Shown here: positions 38,617 through 47,639 of the stretch, in pieces
How the letters are laid out: the number at the start of each line of letters is the position of its first letter
Position numbering within the stretch: position 1 is the first letter of the stretch
From: Azospira sp.
GTDB lineage: Bacteria; Pseudomonadota; Gammaproteobacteria; Burkholderiales; Rhodocyclaceae
NCBI GenBank assembly: GCA_035345235.1
Contig: DAORCC010000002.1
Location: 8,838 to 60,310 of the forward strand
Reading direction: 5' to 3'
DNA: 51,473 nt
Translations under genes and position numbers: made by a program
Notes under the pieces: model-generated
What the model was told of the DNA's origin: nothing
The model's database searches: none
The model's input: the letters and a program-made list of their open reading frames with translations, nothing else

Positions 38617-39408
38617 TTACTTGTACTTGTTGTCGATTTCCCAGACGTTCTTCTGGACCAGGCGCTGCACCAGGGAATCGAGCGTGAGGCCGCCCGAGGC
38701 GCCGGACGAGACCCCCAGAATGGAGGTCGACTTGGCACCCAGTTCCATCTTTTCCTCGGTGTAGCCGGTGGCGACCTGCTCGGTGGTGTTGGCATCGATG
38801 ATCTTGTAGCGCATGCCGATGATCCAGACGCCGGTCGATTCGCCGGTCTGTACCGAACTTGCGGCCACGTTGCCGGCCGCGCCACCGCGGCCGCCGCCGA
38901 AGATGCCGATGAGTGCGCCGACGGCACGGCCGTCGAAGCCCGATTCGGCCTGCGCGACCTGCTCGGCCTTCAGGACGTCGAACTTGACGACCCACTTGGT
39001 CGTCTTGAACTTGCCCTTCTGCAGGATCTTGCGCGCGGCATTTGGGTCGCCCATCGTGTAGGCGAGCTGGAACTCGTTGAGCAGCGGGCCCATGTCGGAG
39101 CGCTCGAGGATCTTGAAGTTGGCCTTGCCGAGCTCGAGCTCGGCGTAGTCGGCGATGTTGTTCGGGCCGAATTTCTGCGTGAAGGTCGCGTTGTTGCTCT
39201 TCACCTCGCCCGGAATGACGACCAGCGCGGGCCCTTGCTTGCCGGCGTTGGTGTACTGCACCTCCTTGTACATCGCCTTGTCGGCCATCTGGTTGGCCGT
39301 TTCCGAGGTGCCGCTGCCGGCGGTTGGCGAGGGGCTGTCGAAGGTCGGTTGGGCCAGCGCAGCGGTGGCCAGGCCGGTGCAGGTGATCAGGGTCAGCAGG
39401 CGCTTCAT
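38617..39408 (-). CDS. Secreted CsgG/HfaB-like protein with glycine-rich insert
   Basis: Sec signal (ALA-Q); FKILERSDMGPLLNEFQL resembles the CsgG F.VVER..L..LL.E motif; GALIGIFGGGRGGAAG insert; GMRYKIIDANTTEQVATG. Confidence 0.72.
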   Translation of the reverse strand: MKRLLTLITCTGLATAALAQPTFDSPSPTAGSGTSETANQMADKAMYKEVQYTNAGKQGPALVVIPGEVKSNNATFTQKFGPNNIADYAELELGKANFKILERSDMGPLLNEFQLAYTMGDPNAARKILQKGKFKTTKWVVKFDVLKAEQVAQAESGFDGRAVGALIGIFGGGRGGAAGNVAASSVQTGESTGVWIIGMRYKIIDANTTEQVATGYTEEKMELGAKSTSILGVSSGASGGLTLDSLVQRLVQKNVWEIDNKYK

Positions 39409-39423
39409 CGGGACATCTCCGGG

Positions 39424-40095
39424 TTACTTGGATTTCGGTTTTGCGGCCGGCACGGCGTGCCGGCAGTAATCGTTGGCGAGCCGGGCAACGACACCGTCGG
39501 CCTGCTCGTTGATCAGCGTCAGGGCCATCCCCAGCGTATCGGTGCCGGAATAGGAGTCGGCACTGGCGCCGGCATCGGAGATCGTCTTGCCATCGGCGGC
39601 GGTCAACGTGAAGCCCATGTTGATGTAGACCTCGGGGATGCGCAGCACCGGGTTGATCGCCGTACGGCTGGAAATGACGCCGCGCAGGATGAAATCGGCC
39701 CCGACCTTCTTCGATGCGTTGATCGCGGCGTCCGGGTCGTTGCGGAAATGCGCCTCGATCTCCGCCTGCGCGATCTGTGCCGTGATCTCTTCCTGCGTGT
39801 AGGTGTTGAAACCGAAGCGCTTCAGCCGCTGGTTGATGGCGTTGAAGTGCGAGCCGTAGGTGCCCTGGTTGGCATCCGTACCGCTGGCGCGCCGCTGGCC
39901 GACGACGACCATGACCTTCTTGTTCTTCAGCGAGTCGCGACAGGCCGCCGAAACGCCCCCGCCGCCACCTTTTTTCGGCGCGTTCGCGGCATTCTGTTTC
40001 TCTTCCTCTTCCGAAAAACTGAAAGCGGCCAGCGCCTGTGGTGCAGTGGCAAGCAGGCAGAGTGAGGCAAGCAGGCGGAAAGCGTGGTGGCGCAT
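39424..40095 (-). CDS. Secreted hypothetical protein, probable CsgG/TolB-N-like alpha/beta fold
   Basis: Signal peptide (ALA-A); KVMVVV..INQRLKRFGF..DPDAAINASKKVGADFILRG..FTLTAADGKTI; two Cys flanking the domain. Confidence 0.7.
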   Translation of the reverse strand: MRHHAFRLLASLCLLATAPQALAAFSFSEEEEKQNAANAPKKGGGGGVSAACRDSLKNKKVMVVVGQRRASGTDANQGTYGSHFNAINQRLKRFGFNTYTQEEITAQIAQAEIEAHFRNDPDAAINASKKVGADFILRGVISSRTAINPVLRIPEVYINMGFTLTAADGKTISDAGASADSYSGTDTLGMALTLINEQADGVVARLANDYCRHAVPAAKPKSK

Positions 40096-40149
40096 GGGAT
40101 GACTCCGGAAGAGGCCCCGGATAATGACGGCTGGGAGGATGATTCTGTC

Positions 40150-40187
40150 AAAAAAAATGCCGGCCCACAATTGTGGCCGGCATTTTT
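40150..40187 (-). terminator. Rho-independent terminator after psiF (bidirectional shape)
   Basis: AAAAAAAATGCCGGCCCAC-aatt-GTGGCCGGCATTTTT, a hairpin flanked by A and T tracts. Confidence 0.82.
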
Positions 40188-40203
40188 GTACGGTCGTGGC
40201 TGC

Positions 40204-40527
40204 TTATTTGGCGGCAGCGCCGTCCGCCTGGCACTTCTTGACGAAGCTGCTCTTGGCGGCGCCGGCGAGCGGCTTGCCGTTCTTGTCCACGGCCTTCGCA
40301 GCGCAGCCGTCATCAGCGGCATTCCCGCCGGACAGGCACTGTTTCATGAATGCCTTGCGCTCGTCCCCCTTCTTGTCGGCGGCCTGGGCATTGCAGCCCT
40401 TCATCTTTTCCTGCTGGGCCTTCTGGGCAGCGGTCGGTTCCTTCTTCGGGGCATCAGCCTTCTTCTCTTCAGCAAAGGCAGTGCCTGCGGCAAGGGCGAG
40501 GGAAATCAGGGCAACGGCGAGTTTCAT
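40204..40527 (-). CDS. psiF: PsiF family periplasmic protein
   Basis: Signal peptide; AQQEKMKGCNAQA..KGDERKAFMKQCLS and a second repeat LAGAAKSSFVKKC. Confidence 0.8.
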   Translation of the reverse strand: MKLAVALISLALAAGTAFAEEKKADAPKKEPTAAQKAQQEKMKGCNAQAADKKGDERKAFMKQCLSGGNAADDGCAAKAVDKNGKPLAGAAKSSFVKKCQADGAAAK

Positions 40528-40616
40528 CGGGTAATCCTCCGAACGGGGTGATGGGAACTGCGTGGGAACTTCGGCGAGGCGCGTCGCAACAACGATGCGC
40601 CGATTATAGACGCGGC

Positions 40617-41552
40617 TCATATGTCATCGTCAAGCAGCGCGCGCTGCTGGCGGTTGACGAATTCCTGCATGCTGTCGATGCCGCGCAACTGGAGGATGGA
40701 GTTGCGTACCGCGGCTTCGAGCAGGACGGCAAGGTTGCGGCCGGCAGCGACCGGAACGACGACCTTGCGTATGGCGACGCCGAGGATTTCCTGCGTTTGC
40801 GCATCCAGTGGCAGGCGCGGGGCGTCGGCACCGGCGACGGGCTTCTGCAGGTGCACGATCAGCTTCAGCTTCATCTTGCGGCGCGAAGCCGTCTCGCCGA
40901 AGATGGTACGGATGTTGAGCAGGCCGAGGCCGCGCACTTCGAGGTAGTCGCGCAGCATTCCGGGGCAGCGACCTTCGAGCGTCGTTGGTGCGAGGCGCGC
41001 GAGTTCCACGACGTCGTCGGCAACGAGACCGTGACCGCGCGAAATCAGTTCGAGCGCCAGTTCGGACTTGCCGACACCGGAATCGCCGGTGATCAGCACG
41101 CCCATCCCGAGCACATCCATGAACACGCCATGCACCGAGGTCGTATCGGCCATGCGGCGGGCAAGATAGATGCGCAGCAGGTCGATCACCGCCGAGCATG
41201 GCTTCGGACTCGTGAACAGCGGCGTACCGCTGGCCTCGCAGGCTTCGAGGATGATCGGCAGCACCTCCAGGCCATCGGCGCAGATCATGCCCGGAGGATT
41301 CTCGGCGATGAGTTCGGCGATCTGCGTCGTCAGGCGCTTGGGACTGACGCGGTTGGCCCAGTCGAACTCGGCCTGCCCGATCACCTGCAGGCGTTCGGCA
41401 TGAATCAGGTTGAGGTGGCCGATGACATCGGCACCGTAGTTGCCGGTTTCCTTGAGAACGAGCTGGCGGTCTGAATCGCGGGCGGCGATCCAGTTCAGCT
41501 GCAGCTTTTCGCGGTGATCCTCGTAGAGTTGGGCGATGCTGAACTGGCGCAT
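40617..41552 (-). CDS. hprK: HPr(Ser) kinase/phosphorylase
   Basis: VHGVFMDV, GDSGVGKSELALELISRGH.LVADD, LEVRGLG, PVAAGRNLAVL. Confidence 0.96.
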   Translation of the reverse strand: MRQFSIAQLYEDHREKLQLNWIAARDSDRQLVLKETGNYGADVIGHLNLIHAERLQVIGQAEFDWANRVSPKRLTTQIAELIAENPPGMICADGLEVLPIILEACEASGTPLFTSPKPCSAVIDLLRIYLARRMADTTSVHGVFMDVLGMGVLITGDSGVGKSELALELISRGHGLVADDVVELARLAPTTLEGRCPGMLRDYLEVRGLGLLNIRTIFGETASRRKMKLKLIVHLQKPVAGADAPRLPLDAQTQEILGVAIRKVVVPVAAGRNLAVLLEAAVRNSILQLRGIDSMQEFVNRQQRALLDDDI

Positions 41553-41582
41553 GGGGGCAGCCCGGGCGGGTCGGCAGGGCGG

Positions 41583-42029
41583 CTAGCTGGCGAAGAGAGC
41601 CTGCGCCGCCGTTGCGTCGGCTGCGGCGCTGATCGCGTCGCGGAAGCTGCGGTCGGAGAAGCGCTGGGCCAGTTCGGAGAGGATCTGCAGGTGCTGTTCG
41701 GTCGCCTGTTCCGGTACCAGCAGCACGAACAGCAGGGACACGGGCTTGCCGTCGGGCGAGTCGAATGGCACCGGCGTCGCAAGGCGCAGAAAGGCGCCGC
41801 GTGCCTCCTTCAGGCCCTTGATGCGGCCGTGCGGAATGGCGACGCCCTGGCCGAGTCCGGTCGATCCCAGCTTCTCGCGTGCGAAAAGGCTGTCGAATAC
41901 CGTGGCGCGGGCAATTCCGTTGTTGTTCTCGAAGAGCAGGCCGGCCTGCTCGAAGACCCTTTTCTTGCTGCCGGCTTCAAGGTCGAGCAGGATGTTGTCT
42001 GCCGGCAGGAGTTTGGCAAGTAGGCTCAT
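41583..42029 (-). CDS. ptsN: PTS IIA-like nitrogen regulatory protein
   Basis: SKKRVFE, REKLGSTGLGQGVAIPHGR, FDSPDGKPV, HLQILSELA. Confidence 0.95.
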   Translation of the reverse strand: MSLLAKLLPADNILLDLEAGSKKRVFEQAGLLFENNNGIARATVFDSLFAREKLGSTGLGQGVAIPHGRIKGLKEARGAFLRLATPVPFDSPDGKPVSLLFVLLVPEQATEQHLQILSELAQRFSDRSFRDAISAAADATAAQALFAS

Positions 42030-42139
42030 GCTGCGGTACGCCTTGGGGCGAGCTCCGGATCTGAAAGGGAAAGTATACGCGGATGGTGTCAGGCGTGGGC
42101 CGGGATTATGGCAATGCTACGGCGGCACTGCGGTAGTCC

Positions 42140-42173
42140 CGGAGACGGGTCGGGGTCAGCCGCCCCGTCTCCG
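42140..42173. terminator. Hairpin between hpf and ptsN
   Basis: CGGAGACGGGTCGG-ggtcag-CCGCCCCGTCTCCG (one mismatch); no U tract, so it may be an mRNA stabiliser or partial terminator. Confidence 0.45.
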
Positions 42174-42190
42174 CAGACCATCCTTCCGCT

Positions 42191-42520
42191 CTATTCGACC
42201 GCGAGGTCACGCGCGGCAGCCTTGTCGCCGCGATGGTGGTCCTGGACCTTCTGCTTGTATTTCTGGACCTGCCGGTCGAGCTTGTCGACCAGGTTGTCGA
42301 TGGCAGCGTACAGATCGCCGTCGTCGGCCTCGACGAAGATGTCCTTGCCGCGGACATGGACCGTGACTTCGGCCTTCTGCTTCAGCTTCTCAACGGACAG
42401 GATCACGTTCACGTCGATCACATGATCGAAATGGCGCGTGACGCGCTCGAGTTTGGCCGTTACGTAATCACGGATCGCCGGCGTCACTTCGAGGTGATGT
42501 CCACTGATCTGCAGGTTCAT
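42191..42520 (-). CDS. hpf: Ribosome hibernation promoting factor (HPF/RaiA)
   Basis: [39 protein letters not shown]; downstream of rpoN. Confidence 0.94.
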   Translation of the reverse strand: MNLQISGHHLEVTPAIRDYVTAKLERVTRHFDHVIDVNVILSVEKLKQKAEVTVHVRGKDIFVEADDGDLYAAIDNLVDKLDRQVQKYKQKVQDHHRGDKAAARDLAVE

Positions 42521-42533
42521 GGTGTGGCTCCTT

Positions 42534-43994
42534 TCACAGGCTCTTGCGTAGATTGACCGGCGGGATGTTGAGCGCTTCACGATATTTTGCAATCGTTCTG
42601 CGCGCGACGACAATCCCCTGCTGGCCAAGGATATCCGCTATCTGACTGTCAGACAGCGGTTTTTTCGGATCTTCGGCCCCCACCAGCTGCTTGATCAAAG
42701 CCCTGATGGCGGTGGCCGAACATGCGCCGCCCGTGTCGGTGGCGACATGGCTGCCGAAAAAATACTTCAATTCAAAGATGCCGCGCGGCGTCGCCATGTA
42801 CTTCTGCGTCGTTACGCGCGATACCGTGGATTCGTGCAGACCGAGGATGTCGGCGATCTCGCGCAGCACCAAAGGTCGCATGGCCACCTCGCCATGTTCG
42901 AAGAACTGGCGCTGGCGGTCAACAATCGTCTGCGAAACCCGCTGGATCGTGTCGAAGCGCTGCTGTACGTTCTTGATCAGCCAGCGCGCCTCCTGCAGTT
43001 GCCCGGAAAGCCCGCCATGCTCGCTGCGGCGGTGGCCGGAGAGCATCTGCGCGTAAAGGCGATTGATGCGCAGGCGCGGGTAGGCGTCGGGGTTGATCGA
43101 GGCCTGCCAGTGGTGGCGCACCTTCTTCACGATCACATCCGGCGTGATGTATCGCGCATCGAGCGGCGCATACTGGGCGCCGGGCCGCGGGTTCAGGCTG
43201 CGGATCAGTGCATGGGCGGCACGAAGCGCATCGTCGTCGCAACCGGTCAGCTTGCGGAGCTTCGTGAAATCGCGCGCAGCGAGCAATTCGAGATGCTGGC
43301 GGACGATGGTCAGCGCCAGGTCGCGTATGGCATCGGCCGGCAGGGTTTCCAGCTGCAGCGCCAGGCACTCGTGCGCGCTGCGCGCCCCGACGCCGGTCGG
43401 GTCGAAATGCTGCAGGTGCTTGAGCGCGATCTGCAGTTCCTCGGGCTCGATTTCCATTTCTTCCGGCATGATTTCAGCCAGCTCATCGAGCGTCTGCGAC
43501 AGGTAACCATCCTCGTCGAGCGCTTCGATCAGGACGCGGACCAGCATGCGGTCGCGGTCGGGAAGCTGCGTCAGGCCGAGTTGCCAGATCAGGTGGTCGG
43601 AAAGCGAGGTGGTAGCGGCCTGGATGTCCTGATAGTCGCCATCATCGTCATCACGATGGCCAGCACCGGAACTGCTGCCATAGGTCCCGTCGCCAGGCCA
43701 GCCCTCGTCATCGGTTCCTGAGCGGGGTGCTTCGCTCTCGGGGTTCTCTTCCGAATGCTCGCGCCTCTCGTCGTCCGTGCTGGTGGTCTCGCGTACCTCC
43801 CCGCTACCGGGGGGTGGCGGCGCGGCAGCGTAGCTGTCCTCGTCCTCACGTTCGAGCAGGGGATTCTCGAGCAGGAACTTCTCAAGCTCCTGGTTCAGTT
43901 CAAGTGTCGACAGTTGCAACAGCCGGATCGACTGCTGCAGTTGCGGCGTCAGCGCGAGGTGCTGCGAAAGCTTGAGCTGGAGGGAAGGTTTCAT
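42534..43994 (-). CDS. rpoN: RNA polymerase sigma-54 factor
   Basis: [24 protein letters not shown], RpoN box [10 protein letters not shown]. Confidence 0.98.
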   Translation of the reverse strand: MKPSLQLKLSQHLALTPQLQQSIRLLQLSTLELNQELEKFLLENPLLEREDEDSYAAAPPPPGSGEVRETTSTDDERREHSEENPESEAPRSGTDDEGWPGDGTYGSSSGAGHRDDDDGDYQDIQAATTSLSDHLIWQLGLTQLPDRDRMLVRVLIEALDEDGYLSQTLDELAEIMPEEMEIEPEELQIALKHLQHFDPTGVGARSAHECLALQLETLPADAIRDLALTIVRQHLELLAARDFTKLRKLTGCDDDALRAAHALIRSLNPRPGAQYAPLDARYITPDVIVKKVRHHWQASINPDAYPRLRINRLYAQMLSGHRRSEHGGLSGQLQEARWLIKNVQQRFDTIQRVSQTIVDRQRQFFEHGEVAMRPLVLREIADILGLHESTVSRVTTQKYMATPRGIFELKYFFGSHVATDTGGACSATAIRALIKQLVGAEDPKKPLSDSQIADILGQQGIVVARRTIAKYREALNIPPVNLRKSL

Positions 43995-44033
43995 GCGCGG
44001 CGCGCGGCCGGTTGAGGAATCTGCGTGTTCGGG

Positions 44034-44807
44034 TCAGAGGCGGAAGTTCTCGCCCAGATACACTTTTCTTACAGCTTCATTATAGATGATTTCATCCGGG
44101 TGCCCCGAGGCCAGCACCGAACCTTCATTGATGATGAAGGCCCGGTCGCAGATGCCCAGCGTCTCGCGGACGTTGTGGTCGGTGATGAGCACGCCGATGT
44201 TCCGCTCCTTCAGGAAGCGGATGATCTTCTGGATTTCCAGCACGGCGATCGGATCGACGCCGGCGAAGGGCTCGTCGAGCAGGATGAAGCGCGGACGTGT
44301 CGCCAGCGCGCGGGCAATTTCCACCCGTCGCCGCTCACCGCCCGACAGCGATGCCGCCGTGTTGTCGCGGATGTGGGCGATGTGCAGGTCCTCGAGCAGG
44401 GTTTCCAGCGAACTGTGCACTTCGTCCTTGGAGAGCTTCTGCAGTTCGAGCACCGCCTTGATGTTCTCGGTCACCGTCAGCTTGCGGAAGACGGAAGCTT
44501 CCTGCGGCAGGTACGAGACGCCCATGTGCGCGCGCCGGTGGATCGGGAAGTGCGTGATCCGGTCATCGTCGAGATAGACCTCGCCGCCATCCGATGCCAC
44601 CAGGCCGACGATCATGTAGAAAGTGGTCGTCTTGCCGGCGCCATTCGGGCCAAGCAGGCCGACGACTTCACCGCTCTTCACGTCGAAGGAAACGTCATGC
44701 ACGACGGTACGTTTCTTGTAGCGCTTGTTCAGATTGTTCGCGGACAGTCTGCTGTGCTTGCTGGCCGACACTTGTGCGCTGAAATCGATTTCTTGTTGTT
44801 CCGACAT
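44034..44807 (-). CDS. lptB: LPS export ABC transporter ATP-binding protein
   Basis: [60 protein letters not shown]. Confidence 0.96.
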   Translation of the reverse strand: MSEQQEIDFSAQVSASKHSRLSANNLNKRYKKRTVVHDVSFDVKSGEVVGLLGPNGAGKTTTFYMIVGLVASDGGEVYLDDDRITHFPIHRRAHMGVSYLPQEASVFRKLTVTENIKAVLELQKLSKDEVHSSLETLLEDLHIAHIRDNTAASLSGGERRRVEIARALATRPRFILLDEPFAGVDPIAVLEIQKIIRFLKERNIGVLITDHNVRETLGICDRAFIINEGSVLASGHPDEIIYNEAVRKVYLGENFRL

Positions 44808-44830
44808 GCAGTAATCGTGCTCTTTGCGGT

Positions 44831-45286
44831 TCAGTCTTGTTCGGGTTCGGGAGTCTCGCCGCGCATCACGCGCCGGATGGTCTCTCCGGAAAATCCGCGA
44901 CTTATCAGGAAGCGGGTCTGCCGCGCTCGATCCGCGGCATCTACCGGCAGTGTACCGAACTTCCGGGTCCAAATCCCGTGTGCGCGTGCCAATTCGTCGC
45001 CGGCCTCCTCCAGGGCGCCGGCACAATCCTCGGCCGAGACCCCTTGCTGCTTCAGTTCCTGGGCAAGGCGGGCGTTGCCGTAACGGGCGCTGCGGGAGGA
45101 AACGCGCATTTCTGCGTATCGTGCGTCGGAAAGCAGGCGACGCCCGGCCAGATCATCCAGCAGGGCGTCGAGTCGTTCCAGCTGTTCCTCGGACTCCGCA
45201 TGCGGGGCGAGCTTCTTCCTCAGCTCGGCCCGCGAATGTTCCCGCCGCGCCAGCAGGCGCAGGGCGCGCTGGCGCAGCTCATCCAC
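44831..45286 (-). CDS. recX: Recombination regulator RecX
   Basis: [32 protein letters not shown]; 3 bp after recA. Confidence 0.93.
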   Translation of the reverse strand: MDELRQRALRLLARREHSRAELRKKLAPHAESEEQLERLDALLDDLAGRRLLSDARYAEMRVSSRSARYGNARLAQELKQQGVSAEDCAGALEEAGDELARAHGIWTRKFGTLPVDAADRARQTRFLISRGFSGETIRRVMRGETPEPEQD

Positions 45287-45289
45287 CGA

Positions 45290-46312
45290 TCAGGCCTCGG
45301 CAGCAGCGAGCGGCTGCGGGGAGGCCACCCCCACCGCTTCGCGGACCCGGGCTTCGATTTCCTCGGCGATGGCCGGGTTGGCCTTGAGGAACTCGCGGGC
45401 GTTGTCCTTGCCCTGGCCGATCTTTTCGCCCTTGTAGGCGTACCAGGCGCCGGACTTGTCGACCAGCTTGTGGGCGACGCCCAGCTCGATGATTTCTCCT
45501 TCGCGCGAGGTGCCCTCGCCGTAGAGGATGTCGAAGATGGCTTCGCGGAACGGCGGCGAGACCTTGTTCTTGACGACCTTGACGCGGGTCTCGTTGCCGA
45601 TCACCTCGTCGCCCTTCTTGATCGAGCCGATGCGGCGGATGTCGAGGCGGACCGAGGCGTAGAACTTGAGCGCATTACCGCCGGTGGTTGTTTCCGGCGA
45701 GCCGAACATGACGCCGATCTTCATGCGGATCTGGTTGATGAAGATGACCAGCGTGTTGGTCTTCTTGATGTTCGAGGTCAGCTTGCGCAGCGCCTGGCTC
45801 ATCAGGCGGGCCTGCAGGCCCGGCAGCGAATCGCCCATTTCACCCTCGATTTCCGCCTTCGGCACCAGGGCCGCAACCGAGTCGATGACGACGACGTCGA
45901 CGCTGCCGGAGCGGACCAGCATGTCGGCGATTTCGAGCGCCTGTTCGCCGGTATCGGGCTGCGAAATGAGGAGGTCGGCCATGTTGACGCCGAGCTTCTG
46001 GGCATAAGTGGGGTCGAGTGCGTGTTCGGCGTCGATGAAGGCTGCGGTGCCGCCCAGCTTCTGCATTTCGGCCACCACCTGCAGGGTCAGCGTCGTCTTG
46101 CCGGACGATTCCGGGCCGTAGATTTCGACCACGCGGCCGCGCGGCAGGCCGCCGACGCCGAGCGCGATATCCAGCCCGAGCGACCCGGTGGAGACGACCT
46201 GCAGGTCGCTCTCGATGCTGCCCTCGCCCATCTTCATGATCGAGCCCTTGCCGAACTGCTTCTCGATCTGGGCCAGTGCGGCCGCCAGTGCCTTTTGCTT
46301 GTTGTCGTCCAT
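45290..46312 (-). CDS. recA: Recombinase RecA
   Basis: [46 protein letters not shown]; ATG at 46312 after GAGGA. Confidence 0.99.
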   Translation of the reverse strand: MDDNKQKALAAALAQIEKQFGKGSIMKMGEGSIESDLQVVSTGSLGLDIALGVGGLPRGRVVEIYGPESSGKTTLTLQVVAEMQKLGGTAAFIDAEHALDPTYAQKLGVNMADLLISQPDTGEQALEIADMLVRSGSVDVVVIDSVAALVPKAEIEGEMGDSLPGLQARLMSQALRKLTSNIKKTNTLVIFINQIRMKIGVMFGSPETTTGGNALKFYASVRLDIRRIGSIKKGDEVIGNETRVKVVKNKVSPPFREAIFDILYGEGTSREGEIIELGVAHKLVDKSGAWYAYKGEKIGQGKDNAREFLKANPAIAEEIEARVREAVGVASPQPLAAAEA

Positions 46313-46355
46313 GGTTTGTCCTCGCTTGATGACTTGAATGATGTGATATTCGGGG

Positions 46356-46769
46356 TTAGTTGGCGCACACCCAGTTCTCGATGCGGAGACCGGGATAGCC
46401 GCGGAAATCAGCTTCGTTATTAGTGACCAGCACCAGATCGCGCGAACGTGCGTGGGCGGCAATCAGGCGGTCGAGCGCGTCGCGGCGGTGCTTGCCGCGG
46501 GTAGCTTCGGCCGCCCGGAGTTCGCCGTAGTGCTCGGCCGCTTCGCGGTCGAGTGGCAGTACCGGGATGTCGTTCGTCAGCCGGTCGAGCAGTCCGGCCA
46601 GGGCCGCCTTGCCCTCGCTGCGGCATTCCACGCGAGAACGCAATTCGGCATAGGTGACGCTCGACATCACCACGTCGCCCACCTGCAGTTCGGAAAACCT
46701 CTTCATCACAGCCTCGGGCTGCCGCTGCATCAGGTGGATGCAGATGTTGGTGTCGAGCATGTATTTCAC
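46356..46769 (-). CDS. vapC: VapC PIN-domain toxin
   Basis: [42 protein letters not shown]; acidic active-site residues appear intact. Confidence 0.93.
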   Translation of the reverse strand: MKYMLDTNICIHLMQRQPEAVMKRFSELQVGDVVMSSVTYAELRSRVECRSEGKAALAGLLDRLTNDIPVLPLDREAAEHYGELRAAEATRGKHRRDALDRLIAAHARSRDLVLVTNNEADFRGYPGLRIENWVCAN

Positions 46770-46786
46770 TTGGAGCTCGTTTCTGT

Positions 46787-46990
46787 CTACTCGCGTTCGG
46801 CGATGAAATCAGCGGGAAAGGCCGCGAACAGCTTGAGCACGCCATCGAGTGAGCGAGCCTTGAGCGGGCGGATCACCAGCGTCTCGCCGATGCGCTCGAT
46901 CTCCACGTCGCCCGGGCCATCAACGACGCCCAGTTCGCGCGGGATGCGTACCGCCAGTGAATTGCCGCTCTTGAATGCCCGTCCGAGCAT
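46787..46990 (-). CDS. vapB: VapB antitoxin (AbrB/MazE-type DNA-binding domain)
   Basis: FKSGNSLAVRIPREL, VEIERIGETLVIRP, FPADF; ATG at 46990 has GGAG 6 nt upstream (alternative ATG at 47002). Confidence 0.9.
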   Translation of the reverse strand: MLGRAFKSGNSLAVRIPRELGVVDGPGDVEIERIGETLVIRPLKARSLDGVLKLFAAFPADFIAERE

Positions 46991-47002
46991 GTTGCGCTCC
47001 AT

Positions 47003-47054
47003 GTATACCTGTATATACGTTTTCGATTGTAGCGATGAAAACGCGCCGATGCAA
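47003..47054 (-). promoter_or_regulatory. P2 sigma70 promoter plus putative VapB operator
   Basis: Minus strand TTGCAT (47054-47049), 17 nt, TACAAT (47031-47026), followed by palindromes GTATATAC (47011-47018) and GTATAC (47003-47008). Confidence 0.7.
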
Positions 47055-47061
47055 GAAGTTA

Positions 47062-47096
47062 CTGTAACGATGTACAGTTACTGTACGGCTATACAG
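47062..47096. promoter_or_regulatory. Two tandem LexA (SOS) boxes
   Basis: CTGT-aacgatgt-ACAG (47062-47077) and CTGT-acggctat-ACAG (47081-47096); both match CTGT-N8-ACAG and are preceded by TA. Confidence 0.88.
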
Positions 47097-47124
47097 TTAT
47101 ACGTAAAGCCCGGCGGGAAGGCAA
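47096..47124 (-). promoter_or_regulatory. P1 sigma70 promoter abutting the LexA boxes
   Basis: Minus strand TTGCCT (47124-47119), 17 nt, TATAAC (47101-47096); the -10 overlaps the first SOS box by one base. Confidence 0.72.
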
Positions 47125-47138
47125 GAACTTTTTGCGGG

Positions 47139-47639
47139 TCAGGCGAGCATCGGTGGCAGGCGGACGAGCAGCCCGCGCAGCGCGTGTTCGACCGAGGCAC
47201 GGCGGACCGCTTCGCGGTCGCCGGGGAAGTGGCAGGTTTCGGCTTCGGCGAAACCCTCGGGCCCGGCCCAGGCGAAGCAGACGGTGCCGACCGGCTTCTC
47301 CGGCGTACCGCCGGCAGGCCCGGCAACGCCTGAAATGGCGAGTGCCCACTGCGCCTGGCTGCGCTGCAGCGCACCGGTAGCCATCTCGATGACGACCGGC
47401 TCGCTGACGGCACCGTGGCGGACGAGGGTCTTTTTCGAGACGCCGAGCATCTCGGCCTTGGCCGCATTCGAATAGGTGACGAAACCGCGGTCGAACCAGT
47501 TAGAACTGCCGGCAATGGCCGTCACGCACTGTGACACCCAGCCGCCGGTGCAGGACTCGGCGGTGGTGAGCACTTCGCCACGCTCAAGGAGGCGGGTGCC
47601 GAGTTCGGCGGCGAGAGATTCCAAAGTGGTGTGATCCAT
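47139..47639 (-). CDS. cinA: CinA/PncC nicotinamide mononucleotide deamidase
   Basis: TAESCTGG, GSSNWFDRGFVTYSN.AK..LGV, HGAVSE, SGVAGP.GGTPEKPVGTV, GDREAVR. Confidence 0.92.
   Translation of the reverse strand: MDHTTLESLAAELGTRLLERGEVLTTAESCTGGWVSQCVTAIAGSSNWFDRGFVTYSNAAKAEMLGVSKKTLVRHGAVSEPVVIEMATGALQRSQAQWALAISGVAGPAGGTPEKPVGTVCFAWAGPEGFAEAETCHFPGDREAVRRASVEHALRGLLVRLPPMLA

Noticed and set aside
35289-40095. T6SS (PpkA/Fha) or curli secretion locus
   Set aside because: No tss, hcp, vgrG, csgA/B/E/F or PP2C phosphatase genes are in the window; the FHA domain is fused to a cyclase, and the CsgG-like protein lacks a lipobox.
47059-47100. Short direct repeat as a mini-CRISPR or att site
   Set aside because: Only two 19-bp-period units, fully explained as tandem LexA boxes; no cas or integrase genes.
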